Origin: Amoebidium appalachense
Lineage: Eukaryota; Protista; Ichthyosporea
DNA: 64,000 nt
Direction: 5' to 3'
NCBI GenBank assembly: GCA_963693365.1
Contig: CAVNZM010000003.1
Location: 13,235,252-13,299,251, forward strand
Below the pieces are notes generated by a model, which saw only the letters and a program-made list of their open reading frames with translations, made no database searches and was not told the DNA's origin. This document shows, one piece after another, positions 14,523 to 37,236 of the stretch. Numbering within the stretch: position 1 is the first letter of the stretch; each line of letters begins with the position of its first letter. A program made the position numbers and the translations under genes.

Positions 14523-14606
14523 GTGTGGGTGTGGGTGTGGGTGTGGGCAGGTGTGGGTGTGGGCTTGAAATATCACACATCCTAGCTTGTTAAGCCACTC
14601 CGACCC

Positions 14607-14645
<39 letters not shown>

Positions 14646-14790
14646 AGGATGTTCTCTTCTTATTATGCATACTCCTTTATGTGTGGTTTGCACTCTGCAT
14701 TGTTTTGTCCGTTATGATGGTGTATGCTTCGTACTCTATAGCACATTCTAACCGTCCCCTCCCCACCATCCGCCCCTCGCTCCTCTCTCC

Positions 14791-14822
<32 letters not shown>

Positions 14823-14974
14823 TTGGTGGTGCTCAGAATGCCACACTCACGTTCATGGTTGGTGGCACGAAGACTGCCTTTGACCTTGCTAAGCCCTTCC
14901 TCCAGACGATGGGAAAGAACATTGTTTACTGCGGTGCTATTGGTAACGGCCAGGTATATTCATAGAACCCCCCC

Positions 14975-15005
<31 letters not shown>

Positions 15006-15101
15006 ACACACACACAGGCCCTTTTGGCTCCTGCCCCAAATTGGTCCCCCCTCCCCCCCCCCCCCCCCCTCCCCCCAAAAAAAAAAAAAAAGATAAGAAA
15101 A

Positions 15102-15133
<32 letters not shown>

Positions 15134-15669
15134 GACGCACACACCCATACCCGTGCCCACCTGCCCTCCCCTCCCCTCCCCCCTTTTTCAGAAGAAAAAG
15201 AACGGATATGCGCTTAACCCTCTGCCTCCACTCCCCCCCCCCCCCCCCCCCCCCCAAAACCTCCAACCCCTTTCATGTACAAATACACACCCAAATACCC
15301 ATACACACATAGGCATCACATATACACAACGATTACGACCTACAACCACACCCACATATACATGTACACCCACCCATACACACACAACTCATACGACCAA
15401 AACACACACTTATTCACACACGAATACACACACGTACACGTACACTTAAAACACATACACGTACACATACACGTACACGTACGCACGTGCAGGCGGCCAA
15501 GATCTGCAACAACATGCTCCTTGGTATCTCCATGGTGGGGGTGAGTGAGGCCATGAACCTGGGCATCAAGCTGGGCCTGGACAAGGAGACTCTGGCTGGC
15601 ATCATCAACACAAGGTACAGTTAAAAGCAAATTAAATAAAGTGGTGTTAAAATTTAGATATAGAAAATT

Positions 15670-15713
<44 letters not shown>

Positions 15714-16052
15714 AAGAAAGAAAAAGAAAGAAAGAACGAAAGAAAGAAAAGAAAGGGGCAAAAAAAAAAAAAAGGGAAGGAAGGAAGGAATAGAAAAGAG
15801 AGAAGAGAAGAGAAGTACATGGCTGGCATCCTCAAAATCAGGCGCCATTAGAAGAACTTGAAATGATGTTAAAAATATGTGTTGCTTGTATATCTGATCG
15901 GTTTTGAAAGGCTACTGTTCTTTCTCCCGCTGACCCGTTTCTCACTCTCTTCCCTCTTCCCCCCTCCCCCCCACCCACCCACCCACCCCCACCCCCCCTC
16001 TCTCGTTTCCGTGCGCACATGCCCTGTAGCCACCTCTCCTCCCGGACACACA

Positions 16053-16083
<31 letters not shown>

Positions 16084-16186
16084 GTACAGCTCTGGCCGCT
16101 GCTGGTCGAGTGACACGTACAACCCCGTGCCGGGTGTGATGCCCAACGTCCCTGCTTCCCGCAACTACGAGGTATGTGTCCCTCTC

Positions 16187-16240
<54 letters not shown>

Positions 16241-16366
16241 TTTGTGGATGACGTGGGCCTTCCCTGAGGATGGGCTCTGCTTATTATGCATACTCTTTAT
16301 GTATGGCTTGCATTCTGCATCGTGTTATCCGTTGTTCTTGTGTACTTCGTACTTTATGACGCATTC

Positions 16367-16420
<54 letters not shown>

Positions 16421-16854
16421 CAATCATCGGGAACGCAGACGCACACACTCACACAGCACCAGTAATCCAACCGAGCCCATTACCAGAACCACGCCACACT
16501 CCAGAATTTCCACTGTGAAATAAATGAAGTAAAGAAACGAAGGAAACATAGCTAGAGTTAAACCAAATGTGATGATATTGGAATGATATAAGAAAAAGAA
16601 TTAGATGGTAGTTTTTATCAATTAGAAAGACCGTAGGGAAGGTGGTGGTAGTAGATGTATTGTCAGAGACGGGCTGACAAGACCATTACTTACCTGGCAC
16701 ATACGCACGCGTTACACACACACACACACGTGCACACTTTCACGTACGCACATTACACACATCGCACATTTACACACATGCACACATGTTCATACAAGCG
16801 CATGCACTTACACTTACACCCATCCACCCACCTAGCCCTGCGCGCGCACACACA

Positions 16855-16902
<48 letters not shown>

Positions 16903-17205
16903 TTTCTGTCTTCAACACACCTACGGCACACATACATCCACACACACACCTACACACACACACACTCTTCCACCTACGGCACACACGTACACATACACAC
17001 ACACACACGTACACAGGGTGGGTTCGGTAGCGCGCTCATGCTCAAGGATCTCGGATTGGCCAGCGGTGCCGCCCATGACGTGAAAGCCTCGATCCCATTG
17101 GGCGCCCTTGCGCAGCAGATCTACACAACTATGTGCGCACATGGTTACGCAAACAAGGATTTCGGCGCTGTGTATGAATTCCTTGCTGGCGCAACCAAGA
17201 AATAA
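10428..17205 (+). CDS. HIBADH: 3-hydroxyisobutyrate dehydrogenase, mitochondrial-type (~328 aa, 10 exons)
   Basis: Exons 10428-10500, 11406-11431, 12117-12210, 12838-12968, 13492-13534, 14332-14424, 14820-14953, 15493-15614, 16090-16171 and 17017-17205 join in frame with GT-AG. Motifs [48 protein letters not shown]; presequence-like N-terminus. Confidence 0.96.
12391..12525 (+). mobile_element. Intronic SINE-like element, subfamily A2
   Basis: CTGAGGATGGGCTCTGCTTATGACGCATAC...GCATTCAAA; near-identical copies at 43326-43465 and 58417-58550; poly-C flanks. Confidence 0.75.
12553..12681 (+). mobile_element. Intronic element, subfamily B
   Basis: GATGAGCTCTGTTCA...GTCTCCTCCATATTTCCAACCCTCTAACGCATA; related copies at 58215-58371 and 63173-63265, plus a weak minus copy at ~6481-6560. 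Confidence 0.65.
12982..13217. repeat. Degenerate ~20-bp minisatellite in HIBADH intron 4
   Basis: About 11 units resembling CCTGCCTTATTTGGGAATA. Confidence 0.8.
13914..14194 (+). mobile_element. Intronic SINE-like element, long copy of subfamily A (split by a poly-C run)
   Basis: Colinear with 29660-29887(-) from GCTCGTYTCTGATCAAGACGGG to GCATTCAAA; GTGGATGAC is duplicated on both sides of the poly-C. Confidence 0.8.
16244..16368 (+). mobile_element. Intronic SINE-like element, subfamily A (5'-truncated)
   Basis: Same core as 14088-14194; poly-C on both sides. Confidence 0.8.
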
Positions 17206-18639
17206 GTGATGGGTAGGGGGAATTATTGGCGGTAAGATTTGGAGCATGTAAAATGCCCCCAAAAAGGGGAAAAGAAAGGGCAAGCGATTTTTTTAAAGGG
17301 GGGTTTTGTGGTTCTGGTAGCTGCATTCCCCGCCTTTTTTTTGTTGCTGTGTTGTGTTGTATTGTCATTATTTCTGTTTTTGTTCTTTTCTTTTGTTTTT
17401 TTGTTTCTTGTTTTTCTTTTTTTCTTATGTGGTGGGAGAAAGACTGGCCGCTTTAAGCGTCAGACACTTACACATGGAGTGGCTATAGGATACAAGATTC
17501 CCCTTGTAGCCTTTAAGTTATGCACTGTACACTTGACACGTCTTTGTGGAAACACATTTTTTCTGCATAGGGATTCATTCAAAATGCATTATTATTCATA
17601 TGTATTCCACACACACCGTGGTGCTTTAGCATTATATTATTGGTAGAATGATATTACCAGATTGTTTGTAAGCATATAGATGACGACTTATTGAGTAGTC
17701 GGGGCATGATGGGGTGCACCTCAATGATTTATTGTGCAAGTGCTTGTAGGCCTAGTTTTCTTCCGCCTTTTGCAAGCCCCTTTGACAGGCCGAGCGCTGC
17801 CACCGTGACGGCATAATTGTGTAGTAATAAAAGGGAGACACAAATGCAAGTACACGTGTATACACATTCACCCAAGTGTACACACACGCGCGCATAAATA
17901 CAGACACTCGACAACGAGGGCAAAAGAAAAGGAAAGATCAAAAAACGAACAACAAACTGAGAATTCGAACAAGAAAATCCAAATCATCTCGAGCGCTAAT
18001 TAGTAGCTTTAGCCGCAGCAAGCTTGAAGCTCGTGGCATTGTTTCTGAAACCAACGCCAGCTCCTATTAGTGTTTTCATCCATATCCAAGCGAGCAAAGC
18101 AACCCCATTTGCTCACTTTTTCTGTTCTCGTCCTTTTCATTTTTTCGAACAAAGGTTGTTGTGACAAAACTTTTGTGCTATAGATCTGTTTTGTTGTTGT
18201 AGTGGCGCTGCGCACGCCTTTTTATTGGCTCTTGATAGAGTCCAATGTAACAGATAAGCATCAAATTTAGTTCACCAATAATAATTTATACAAAATCTAA
18301 ATTCTACATAATAACAGTAAAACACTCAGAAGATTTATTTTAGTTGGCCATGTCAGCAACAAAAACGCCCGTTCATCTGGCGCCAAAATCACATACGGAC
18401 TTTCTATTGGTTGCTCATTCCAAGGAATTTGGCAAACAAAAACTTTGAGCCTGCAGCTACCTCAGGCCTTGCGGCCACGGGGCCAAAAACTGAAAACAAC
18501 TTCTGTTTAGCCTTCAGTCATCCGCGCCTTCATATGCTTTTGCCTTCCATAGGATATTCTCAATCTTTGTGCGGTGAGCTAACCGCAAAAAAATATAAGT
18601 AACTTAGGGTCTTAGTAACCCCATTCCTCTGGCCGGAAA

Positions 18640-26837
<8,198 letters not shown>

Positions 26838-27523
26838 ATTGCGGTGGCGGCCTCTTAGGAAAACAAAAAAAGAAATAGAAAAATCTGAGAAAACTAGCAG
26901 TGCAAAAAATGTTGATTAATATTTTAGTGCGAGTGGGTGGACCTGAGCGCTTAGTTTGAGTTACAAGCATGGACAGGTAATGGCCGTGGATGTCTATTAG
27001 TATTATGGGGTGGCAATCTAAGACTATAGTTCGTGAATTCTTGCTCTACGTATATGCAGATACCCATACGCTTGTGACTGTATGAAGGTGGGAGTAGGCA
27101 TATAAGGGTTATGACATAGGCCGTGTAAACAAACCGTTTATTAGATTGGTGAATTTTTCGCTGGTGGGGAAATGCCAAAAAAATTAGTTACTGATTTCCA
27201 AATTTGTCCAGAACCCAACATGTAGGGTGATTGCCGAAGAAGTTCGAGCCTTTTTTTTTTTTTTTTTTTTCCCTCCAGAAATTTTAAACTGACCTAAAAT
27301 TGCTGGTAGTGGCTTTTTGTGTAAATTTTTTTTAGCACTTTTTATGTACAGTAAATGATTGGCAGCATGTGTTTTTGTATCCAATACCTGGGCTGAAAAC
27401 ACATCAAGTCATGAAGTTTTGCACACGTGGGGCAGTGCTCCTCCGATCAAGTGAACGTTCCACTTGGACTACAGACCTCTAGATGACCCCCCTACCCCCT
27501 CCCCCTCCCCCCCCCCTCCCCTC

Positions 27524-27554
<31 letters not shown>

Positions 27555-27609
27555 AAATAAAAATAAAAAAAAATAAAAAAATAAAAATAAAAAATAAAAA
27601 CGCCGCTGC

Positions 27610-27662
<53 letters not shown>

Positions 27663-28729
27663 ACACCCACACCGTGACACACACACACACACACGTGGCA
27701 CCACCACCTCTACCCAAAAGAAAATTTTGAGCCAAAAAAAGAAAAGAAAAACTAAGGACAGTGGTGCTCATGTGAACCGACACTTGTCATATATATACGG
27801 GGACACAGAGATCTGATCAGATGGATAGCTAAAGATAGACACGACGACATTCATATCTTTACCGCAAGTAATTACACAGCTTATAAACCCTGAGAACATA
27901 ACAAAATACATGTACATATAACACACAGATACACACGTGCATATGTACACACACATGCCCAGGCAGGCACACACGCACATACACCCACACAAACATGTAC
28001 CGTAAAAATATATGATGCGTGCATGTACGTCAGACCATGCATAAGGCAAAATGTGACTGAATCCCTCGAGGATCCTCACGTACGTGGTCCAATTTGGTCT
28101 AGAATAAGCAGGCCTAGTTTGACGTGCGAGCGGCCGGCCGTTTCCTTGCGTATATTTTCTTTTTCTTGTGTGTGTGTGTGGTGATGGTGGTCGTGCTGAG
28201 CCCAGGGTAGCTGGTGGGGGTGCCCCCGAGGGGAGAGCGGGGGGGAGGGGGGGCTTTGAGAGCAGGCGGCACAATAATGAGTGCACGCATGTGTATTTAG
28301 GGTCTTTATTTGGTCTAGTACTATTATTAGACCACACACGCATCATGGCTTGGTCTTATATTACAGCTCCGAAGGGAAACGATTCACATGCATCCCAGTT
28401 TTTACACATAAATAACCATCCTACTCGCTCAAAAATACCGCCCTACCCGACTACATTCGTTACTCAGAAATGCCTACAGTAGAGCACATTACATAAACAT
28501 GAAGGAAGAAAGTCAGGAATAAAAAAGCAAAAAAAAGAAAGCAAAAAAAACAGAAAAAGTTCTGACTCATCCAAAGTTACGAGTGTTCACCCATGCAAAT
28601 GTGTGCTATGTGCCATAAAAACATATTTCGTAAGGCACGCCAACAACCACACATTTTTTCATAAGTGCACAGCAACAATCCCCACCCCTTCACATCCGTT
28701 CCAAAAGCTTTAACTTTGACGTTATAAAT

Positions 28730-30558
28730 TTAAGCCGAGTTCCTGGCCTGGAAATCCTTCATGAATGCAACCAGCGCCTCCGTCTCATCCACAGTGATGG
28801 CGTTGTAGAGGGAGGCACGGATGCCACCAACGGACCTGCGGGAGAAAAAAACGGAATATTGTCAGAAAAACCGGGAAATGGCCCAGAATTGCATACTTAT
28901 AGCGCATACGCACCTTCAAAAGAGAGTGGAGGGTGGAACCCCGTTTTAGATACCCTACACGTAAAAGATGGAAAGGTAAAAAAAAAAAAATAATAAAAAG
29001 AAAACAAAAAAATAAAAAAGAATCAACAAGAAAACAACGACCCCCCCCCCCCCCCACACACACACACACACACGCACAAAAAAAAAAAAAGAAAAGAAAA
29101 GAAAGGAAGAGAAAGAACGAAACAAAGATGGAAGAGCGGCTCGGAAGGGGGATGGGGGGGGGGGGGGGTTCTATTCGAATAAGCAAAATTATGCACAAAC
29201 CAATCACTCGGGAAGGGAGGATGAAAGGGGGATCCGATCACATTATTAATCAGATATGCAAAATTACGGAAAGAAAGGGGGTTTCCAATCGAATTTGCAA
29301 AATTACGCACCTGTGGCCCTTTAGCTGCTCCATGCCCGCAGCAAGCGCCTCTTTAACGAACTTATCCTCCAGGGTCTCGTCTTTAATGCGGAATGGAATG
29401 TTCATGCGGGAACGGAAACCCTCACGAACAGTGCCGCGGTAGAACCCGTCAGACTCGGCAATGGTCTTGTAGAGGAGGCCGGATTTCTGGTCGGCACGGC
29501 ATGCCATCTCTGTAGAGGGAAAGCTATTATTGAAAGGGGAACAAGGGGACAAAGATGATGGAAAAAAACCAAAAAGAAAACGGAAAAAAAGGAGATAGTC
29601 GTGGCAGGGGGCGCACGTGTGTGCGTGTGCGTGTGCGGGGGGAGGGGGAGGAGGGGGGGTTTTGAATGCGTCAAAAAGTACGAAGTACACAAGAACAAAC
29701 GGATAACACGATGCAGAATGAAAGCCATACATAAAGAGTATGCATAATAAGCAGAGCCCATCCTCAGGGGGGGCCCACGTCATCCGCAGTACCCGAGTTT
29801 CGACCTATTCCCCTCGTTAACGAACCCCAACTCAGATACTGTTTCACTTGAACATGAGTAGGTCACCCGTCTTGATCAGAGACGAGCAGGGTTGCTTATG
29901 CAGGCAAGGGCAGTGGGAAAGGCCGGGGGTTAAAGTTGCAGCAGTAAGCAAAAGCAAGAAAAATATAGATAGGAACTCAGGAGACGGGGCTTCTAGGAAG
30001 CTCCCCCGTCGATACCTAAGTCGATACTTCCCTGGCTAACATAATACACCAGCTGAAAAGAATTAAGTCCCGAAGGCCGCAGAATTCGGGAGGAGGGGGG
30101 GGGGGGGGGGGGGGGGGGGCACGCACAGGCGAGAACTAGCCCACTAGACACATACAAAAACAACAAGCATGCCAAACCCACCGGTGTATCATACGGTGTA
30201 TGTGTGTGTGTACATGTCTGTGCCTTTGTCTGCTCCATGTGTTTGGGGCAGGGCGGGGGGCGGGGGGCGGGGCGGGGGCAGGGGGGGGGGGGGGGTATTA
30301 AAGATATAAACGTACCCTCGACACCGCCAGACTCCTTAATCCACTTGAAGACGAGGCCAGTCATGTAGATGCTGTGGGTGGAGGGGGAGGGGGAGGGGGA
30401 GGGGGGGGGGGGGGGGGGGGGGAGGGTTAGATAACACCAAGTGTGTACCGATAGAAAACCCATCCATTGTAGGAGATCAACTCATTCCCAGCGTATCAGT
30501 TCAATCCGTCCACTTCGCCGGGCGTGGGCGGGTTGTCAAGCCCCGGACCCGGACCCGG

Positions 30559-30594
<36 letters not shown>

Positions 30595-31092
30595 TAACCC
30601 GAAGACTTGGGTGACCACAAAGCCTTCGCGTGGGCATATCAGGGATAACTAAGGGGCAAGTCGGCATATTTCCACCACACTGTCTAATCCAATTGCACAT
30701 AATGTGTATGCACGTGGGCGTGGAGGTGGGTGGGTGGGTGGGGGGGGAGGGAGGTTTCACTCACGCGAAGGTGGGGGGAGTGTTGTAAAGGGACTTGTCA
30801 CCAGCCATGGTCTGGGGGGAACAAGACAGGGTTAGCGGTGTAGCATGTGTGGGTTTGGGGAGAGGAGGGGGTAGAAGGAGAGAGACAGCGCAGGGGGAGG
30901 GGAGGGGGAGAGAGAAAGAGAGAGAGATGGGGGGAGGGGGGAAGTGTGTGTGTGTGTGTGTGTGTGAAAGAGGGAGACGGATAGAGAGCGAGAGAGTGGG
31001 TTCGAGGGAAAATCTGAGAGAAGGAGGGAGGGAGAGGGGGAAAGAGAGTGTGTGTTTTACCCCGGTGGTGGTGGTGGTGGTTGTTGTTTCCC

Positions 31093-31123
<31 letters not shown>

Positions 31124-31764
31124 ATGAGGGTTATGCCAACATACTAGTGTGCACCTTGTAGTAAAACATAGTGATCCGTAGTGAATCTGCCCCCACCCCC
31201 CCACCTTCTCCCCACCACAAAAAAAGGAAAATACACAAACTCCACGCCACATCAGCGAATTGAGCCCGACGGGCCCCAGAAGGGTAGAGAGAGAGAGAGG
31301 GGGGGGGGGGGGGGGGGGGGGAACGGAGGGGGAGAGAGAGAGAGAAGAGATAGAATAATGGAAAGATAGACAGAGAGAACGCCTCGCAGGGAGGTGTGTG
31401 TTTGTGTGTGTGTGTGTTGAGGGAAGGGAGTAAGGAAAGATGAAAAAAAAAGCCAGTGCACACCTTGTAATTGAGCATGGCGGGACAGACAGATAGGCAG
31501 TGTCCGAACCGAACGTAAAACATAGTGCTGTATAGAGCATCTAACGTAAAACATAGTGCTGTATAGAGCATCTAACCCTCCCCCCCCCCCCCCCCGGGCC
31601 CCCCTCTCTCGCTCAATCTTTCTCTCTGTCTTGGGGCCCGTGGGCCAATACTTGCTCATGTGGCACGCAGTTTCTGTACTTACCTTTTTTTCTTTTTTCT
31701 TTTCTTTTTATTGGTATTATTATTATTATTATTATTACTACTACTACTACTTTTTTTTTTTTTT

Positions 31765-31795
<31 letters not shown>

Positions 31796-32155
31796 GGGGG
31801 GATGATGAGAAACATGCCAGTGCCCACCTTGTAGTTGAGCATGGTGGGGCAGATGGGCAGTGCGCTGCCAATCAGATCCTTGCGAATGATGCAAATGGTA
31901 ACACCGGAGGGCCCAACATTCTTCTGCGCACCCGCATACACCATGGCAAACTTGGTGACGTCAAACGGGCGGGAGCAGAAGTTGGAGGACATGTCGGCAA
32001 TCAGGGGGACTCCCTTGGTGTCGGGGATGTCGGCAAACTCAACACCTGTGTACATGTGTACGTGTGTGTGTGTGGGGGGGGGGGGGGGGGGGGGGGGGGG
32101 GAGGAGGGGTGGGAAAGGGGAGGGTGTGGTGGTGGAAAGGGATGGGAGGGGTGTG

Positions 32156-32198
<43 letters not shown>

Positions 32199-32500
32199 AA
32201 GGGAAAGGGGGAGGGGGGGGGGGGGGGGGGGGCAGAATGGAAGAGAGGGAGGAAGGGGGGGGGGGAGGGGGGTTTAGAAATTGGTACACGGGTATGACGT
32301 AAAAATCACAAGCCACAACGCAAAGGCGTAAAGGGACACAGGAAATAAAATATTCAGGTGAGCCCGATCTCCGAGGCAAGGGGGGGGGGGAGGGGGGGGG
32401 GGGGGGGGGGGGGGGAGGGGGAGACACGGGTACAGTTACAACCCATACACAACTCCACAGATTGTTACAGATGTGTTCCTTCCCTCCCCCCCTCCCTTCC

Positions 32501-32531
<31 letters not shown>

Positions 32532-32666
32532 ACAAACGCAAAAATGAAAACTCGTCGCAGTAGTAGACATCTATTCGCGCGCGCGCACACACACACACAC
32601 ATAAACACACCCCACCACCACCACCACAAATTTACACCCAACCACCCCCCTTCTCTACTCCCCCCC

Positions 32667-32717
<51 letters not shown>

Positions 32718-32973
32718 ACACACGCACCATGGACAGTCTCGTTGTCTCAGTAGCAGACGTATATTGACACACAACACACAACACACACGTACACACACAC
32801 ACACACACACAACCCCCCACACACACACACGCACCATGGACCGTCTCGTTGTCGCAGTAGTAGACATATGCTGCGTTGGGCGTCAGGTTCCACTCCGACT
32901 GGGCAGGGATGCCGGTGTACTCCTTGGTCTTGGGCAGAACATGGTTGACCTTGCAGTACTTCTCAGCCTGAAA

Positions 32974-33047
<74 letters not shown>

Positions 33048-33249
33048 GAAGTGTGAGAATGGAGAGAAACAAATGTAGGGATGACAGTGCGGGGTACGGA
33101 ATTGTTTGGGGGGGGGGGGGGTTGAAAGGCATAAAAGAGCACGAAGTAAAAATTCACGACGGACAAACACGGTGCGATGCAGAGCACACAAAAAGATTCT
33201 GTCTTCTGAGCAGAGCATATCCTCAGCGGGCCCGAGTCATCCAAGGAAA

Positions 33250-33288
<39 letters not shown>

Positions 33289-34658
33289 GTGGGTGTGGGT
33301 GTGAAAACCGACACGTACATACACGCAGAAAAACCTACCAGTCCCCATTCCCACCTCCCTCCACCCACCCACAAACACCCACACACCCACACCCACACAC
33401 ACACAGGGTAGTGTTTCAGGAGACCAATCTAGGTAGTTGGAAATGTGATGATGGGTGTGTGTGTTTGGGGGGCGGGGGGGGGGGTTATTATGTGAATTGC
33501 AGGGGGGTTTATCATGTGAATTTCAGACCCACCTCCTCTGCGGCCTTCTTGGACCAAACACCGGTGACAACGTAGTCCACGGTGCTCTCCTGGCCCTGCA
33601 ACAAGGAAATTTCATCGGTCAGAATCATTGCACCCTACCTCCCCCCCCCCCCTCAGCAAACCACCATCCCTCGCCCTCCCTGTTTCTCTCACTCCTTCGC
33701 TTTCTGCCCCCCTCTCCCCCTCTCCCCTTCCGTCCCCCCCCCCTCCCCCCACCACCACCACCATCCCTCACATCCACCCAATCATAGACACATGGCTTTT
33801 TTTTTTTTTTACCCTTCAAGGTTCTTCATCCCTCCCTCCCTCTTTCCTCCCCGCCTCCCCCTTCCCCCCCCCCCTGCAGATGTCCTCTTCCTCCTTCCTT
33901 CTAAGTTTGTGCCCCCTCTCCCCATCCCCCCTTCGTGAAAGACCCGAAAAACATCCTATTCTGACTTTGAAAACCAACGCCCCTAAACCGGGGGGAAGGG
34001 GGAGGGGGAGGGGGGAGGTCCCCACGCACCTTTGTGAAGTTAAGGGGGATGGCAGCAAACTGAGTGGTGGCACCGCCCTGAAGGAAAAGAACCTCATAGG
34101 TGTCGGGGATGTTCCTGTAGATGAAGGAGATGAAGGGAAAATGGAGGGGGGGGGGGGGGGAGGGGTTAGAATGCGGGAAAACATGGTCTGTCTTGGTGAA
34201 AACAGGGCACCGGGGATAAGGGGGAGGGAATCCCTGTCCTCCCCCCTCCCAAAACCCTGTTCGTCCTTAGACGTGCGTGAAAGGTTTTGCTTTAGCCTGT
34301 CCATGGATTTTCGGTGTATCCAGGGTAAAAGTAAATGTGGTCTGCACAACTTGTAGTTGTGTGGACAGTGTGTGTCTGTGTGTGTGCGTGCTTGTGAACT
34401 TTGGCATGTAACGTGATCTTTTTTAACTGGCCCTGAGAGGAAACAGGTGATTGAGCGAGGGCAGAGGGAGGGGGGGGAATAAAGCAATAGTGATCGTTGA
34501 GTGTGTGGATAGTCGAGGCTACCGTTATGCAGGGAATAAGCTAAGCGCTAGTTCACGGGTGCAAGAAAGAAGGGGGGTTGCGGGCAGGGGAAGGTGTGTG
34601 GGTGTGTGTTGTGTGACGGTGGTGGCGGTTGTCACTAGTGGTGGTGGTGGTGGTGGTG

Positions 34659-34692
<34 letters not shown>

Positions 34693-35117
34693 GTTTGTGT
34701 ATGTCTCTACGGAGGGGGGGGGGGGGGGGGATATAGGGAAGGGGCACGCACAAGATAGCACGGAGGTTGTTCTCAGCTTCGGTGATAATCTTCTGGAAAT
34801 AGGACGAGCGGTGGCTCATCTCCACAACGCTCATCCCTGTGTTACCCCAGTCCAGAAGCTCCTCTTGGGCCTGTTCCAAAAAACCGGTTAGGTGCTTGTT
34901 GGTTGTGTGTTTCGCTTCGGTTTATTGGCACAGTTCTGCGGCCGTCAATTGCATTCCTTTTTAGTTTGCCAATCCGAGTGCAGGGATGTGACCTAACATG
35001 GGTCACTTATGAAAAATCAGCTTCGTAAGCAATGGTGGAAAATACCTTCTCCATAACCTCACGGGGGAGCTTGGCGGGGCCAGCGCCGAAGTTGATGACA
35101 CGCTTAGTGGCAGTCAT
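28730..35117 (-). CDS. PSAT1: Phosphoserine aminotransferase (~365 aa, 10 exons)
   Basis: Exons 35117-35046, 34870-34752, 34114-34030, 33595-33533, 32967-32835, 32045-31828, 30811-30765, 30371-30316, 29509-29311 and 28835-28730. Motifs [44 protein letters not shown] (PLP Lys), [21 protein letters not shown]. Confidence 0.97.
29660..29887 (-). mobile_element. Intronic SINE-like element, uninterrupted long copy of subfamily A (~230 bp)
   Basis: Reverse complement matches 13914-14194; sense to the PSAT transcript. Confidence 0.82.
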
Positions 35118-35186
35118 TTTCAATGTTTTTTCGAAAGTTTCCTTCAAGCGGAGGGCTGAGGTGTGTGTGGTGTGTTGGGGGGGCGC

Positions 35187-35194
35187 ATGACTCA
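35187..35194. promoter_or_regulatory. Gcn4/AP-1-type bZIP site ATGACTCA
   Basis: Exact TGACTCA core 70 bp upstream of the PSAT ATG, within the PSAT-PHGDH divergent region. Function is inferred. Confidence 0.45.
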
Positions 35195-37170
35195 AAAAAC
35201 CAGTCAGCCTGGGGATTATTCTCAGAGCGCGGTAAAAAATATTTCCATTCCAATGTGTACGAGCCGTTGGTCAGGTAGACTTGTCACTGGTCTGTAGAGT
35301 AACTATTCTGTAGCAGATGACTTATATATTGTTTCATAACTGTTTTTATTTGTGTCCAAATGTTTATTTGCTGGATTATAGACACTACTTCCGTGTTCCC
35401 CCATATGCCCCATTCCGAATCCATTCCTTTTGCACCCTTTCGCGCCGATTTCGTTGAGCCGCAATAGCCTTTTGAGGAAACCAAAACAAAACAAATGTAC
35501 CAAGGCCGGAAAGAAGCCAAAAACGAAATTAAACTAATTTGATTATTTTATGACGGATAAAAAACAACTTTTACTAATATATTAGGATTCTTTCTTGTTT
35601 TTCCTCGGTGAAGGTTCGAGAACGAGTGAGTGATCGATAGCCCAGCGTCACATGGTGGGTGGTAACAAAGACACCAATCAAAAATCGCCTCACCGGAACG
35701 ACTTCCTATTGGCGTTTGTAGGCCAACCAAAACACTGAGCCAAATCCTCCTTTATCTCCACGTGACATTTTACCCCCTTTCGACATTCCTTCATAAACGG
35801 TGCAAAGCTTCCATACCCCGTAGACACATGGCACTTTGGCTTACTACGATACATGTCAATAAATATAGCAGAATATATCAAGTCAAAAATGTTTATTTGC
35901 GGAATTAAGCTGCATTTACCCTTTCTGAGCAAAAGGTTGACATAGGGCTTTCCAAAGTTTCCGATTCCCAGCAAAGGCTTTTTTAGTCACCTTTCCTCCA
36001 ATCATTCGACCGCTACCGCCAAATGACAAGAGCCACCCAAAGCGCCCATGACATTTCAATTATAAACCCGGCAACAAAAGATGTAAATATTTTATGCTCT
36101 AAAATGGCCTATCGACTTGTTGTAATACATAGATTTCAATAGGGAGATTTCGCCGACAGCAAGATCAGTCACTGGGAAGAAACAAAAAAGGCGCGTTCAC
36201 ACGCTACCTCCGCACTCCGTCAAAGTTTTTCCTTCGTTGCGGATATGTAATTTTTCCCGTCCCTTTTGACCCTATCGGATCCCTAAGGCTTCTCTTTTTT
36301 AATGATTTAGTGGATTGAACCATCTTCTTCTTTTCTTTCCAACCTAGCCTATCACCGTCACGCAGCATATCTCTGCGCAATTTGGACATCAGACTTTGCA
36401 TGTTCACTGATCTCCAGGTCCTTTAAGAGATCCCGTTGCATAGTCCCTACCATCTCCTCCTCTTCCCCCCTCCCCCCCCCCTCCCCCACCTCCACCCTCC
36501 GCCTCTCCCGGTACCTCCTGCCTAAGGATTCACACCTTTTAGGAATCCGATGCTAACTGTAACGCCAGATCCTTGCACACAAATTTTAACACCGGATCAC
36601 CGCCTGCAATGTACTCCCTGCTCTTCCCACGCACTACCACACCCCGCAACCCGTTCCTTGTTACCAGTCCTCCCTTCTCGCCTCTGCTCACCTGCCGTTG
36701 CGCGCTGTTTTGAAATCCCCTCCCCCCCTCTGCCCCTCCTCACCGTCCCTGCCCTCCCCACATCCCAAAGGCCCTCTAAAGTTACCCCCTACATCATGAA
36801 CTGCACGCGCGCGCACAGACACACACACACACACGTTCTTTTTTTTGAATCAGATTTCGGTTTCCAACGCAGATGTTAGTATCACTTCTCATAATTTGAT
36901 GTTGACTTGGATGGCTAACATTCTCCCCCCCGCCCTCACCCACCCACCCACCCACCCACTGCTTTCCCCCCAGCCCCGCTTTGCTTCAAAACCCACCTCC
37001 CCCCCGGCCTGCACCTCATTCCCGCTCAAGCCTCTCCCCTTTGTTATCCCCATTCCTCCCCTCTTAGAGAACTCCTTTACTCCCCCCGGTCCCACGCTCC
37101 CCGCTCCCCCCTCCCCACCCCCCGTAAAGCCCTTTGTCACGCTTTTCCCCCATCCCCTGCCTCACCACCA

Positions 37171-37202
<32 letters not shown>

Positions 37203-37236
37203 ACAAACACATACCAATACACACACAGAAGCTATC

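Noticed and set aside
10428-17205. HIBADH as a third member of the serine cluster (some family members oxidise serine)
   Set aside because: The sequence has canonical HIBADH motifs and is separated from the pair by an unrelated peptidase gene; there is no evidence of a link.
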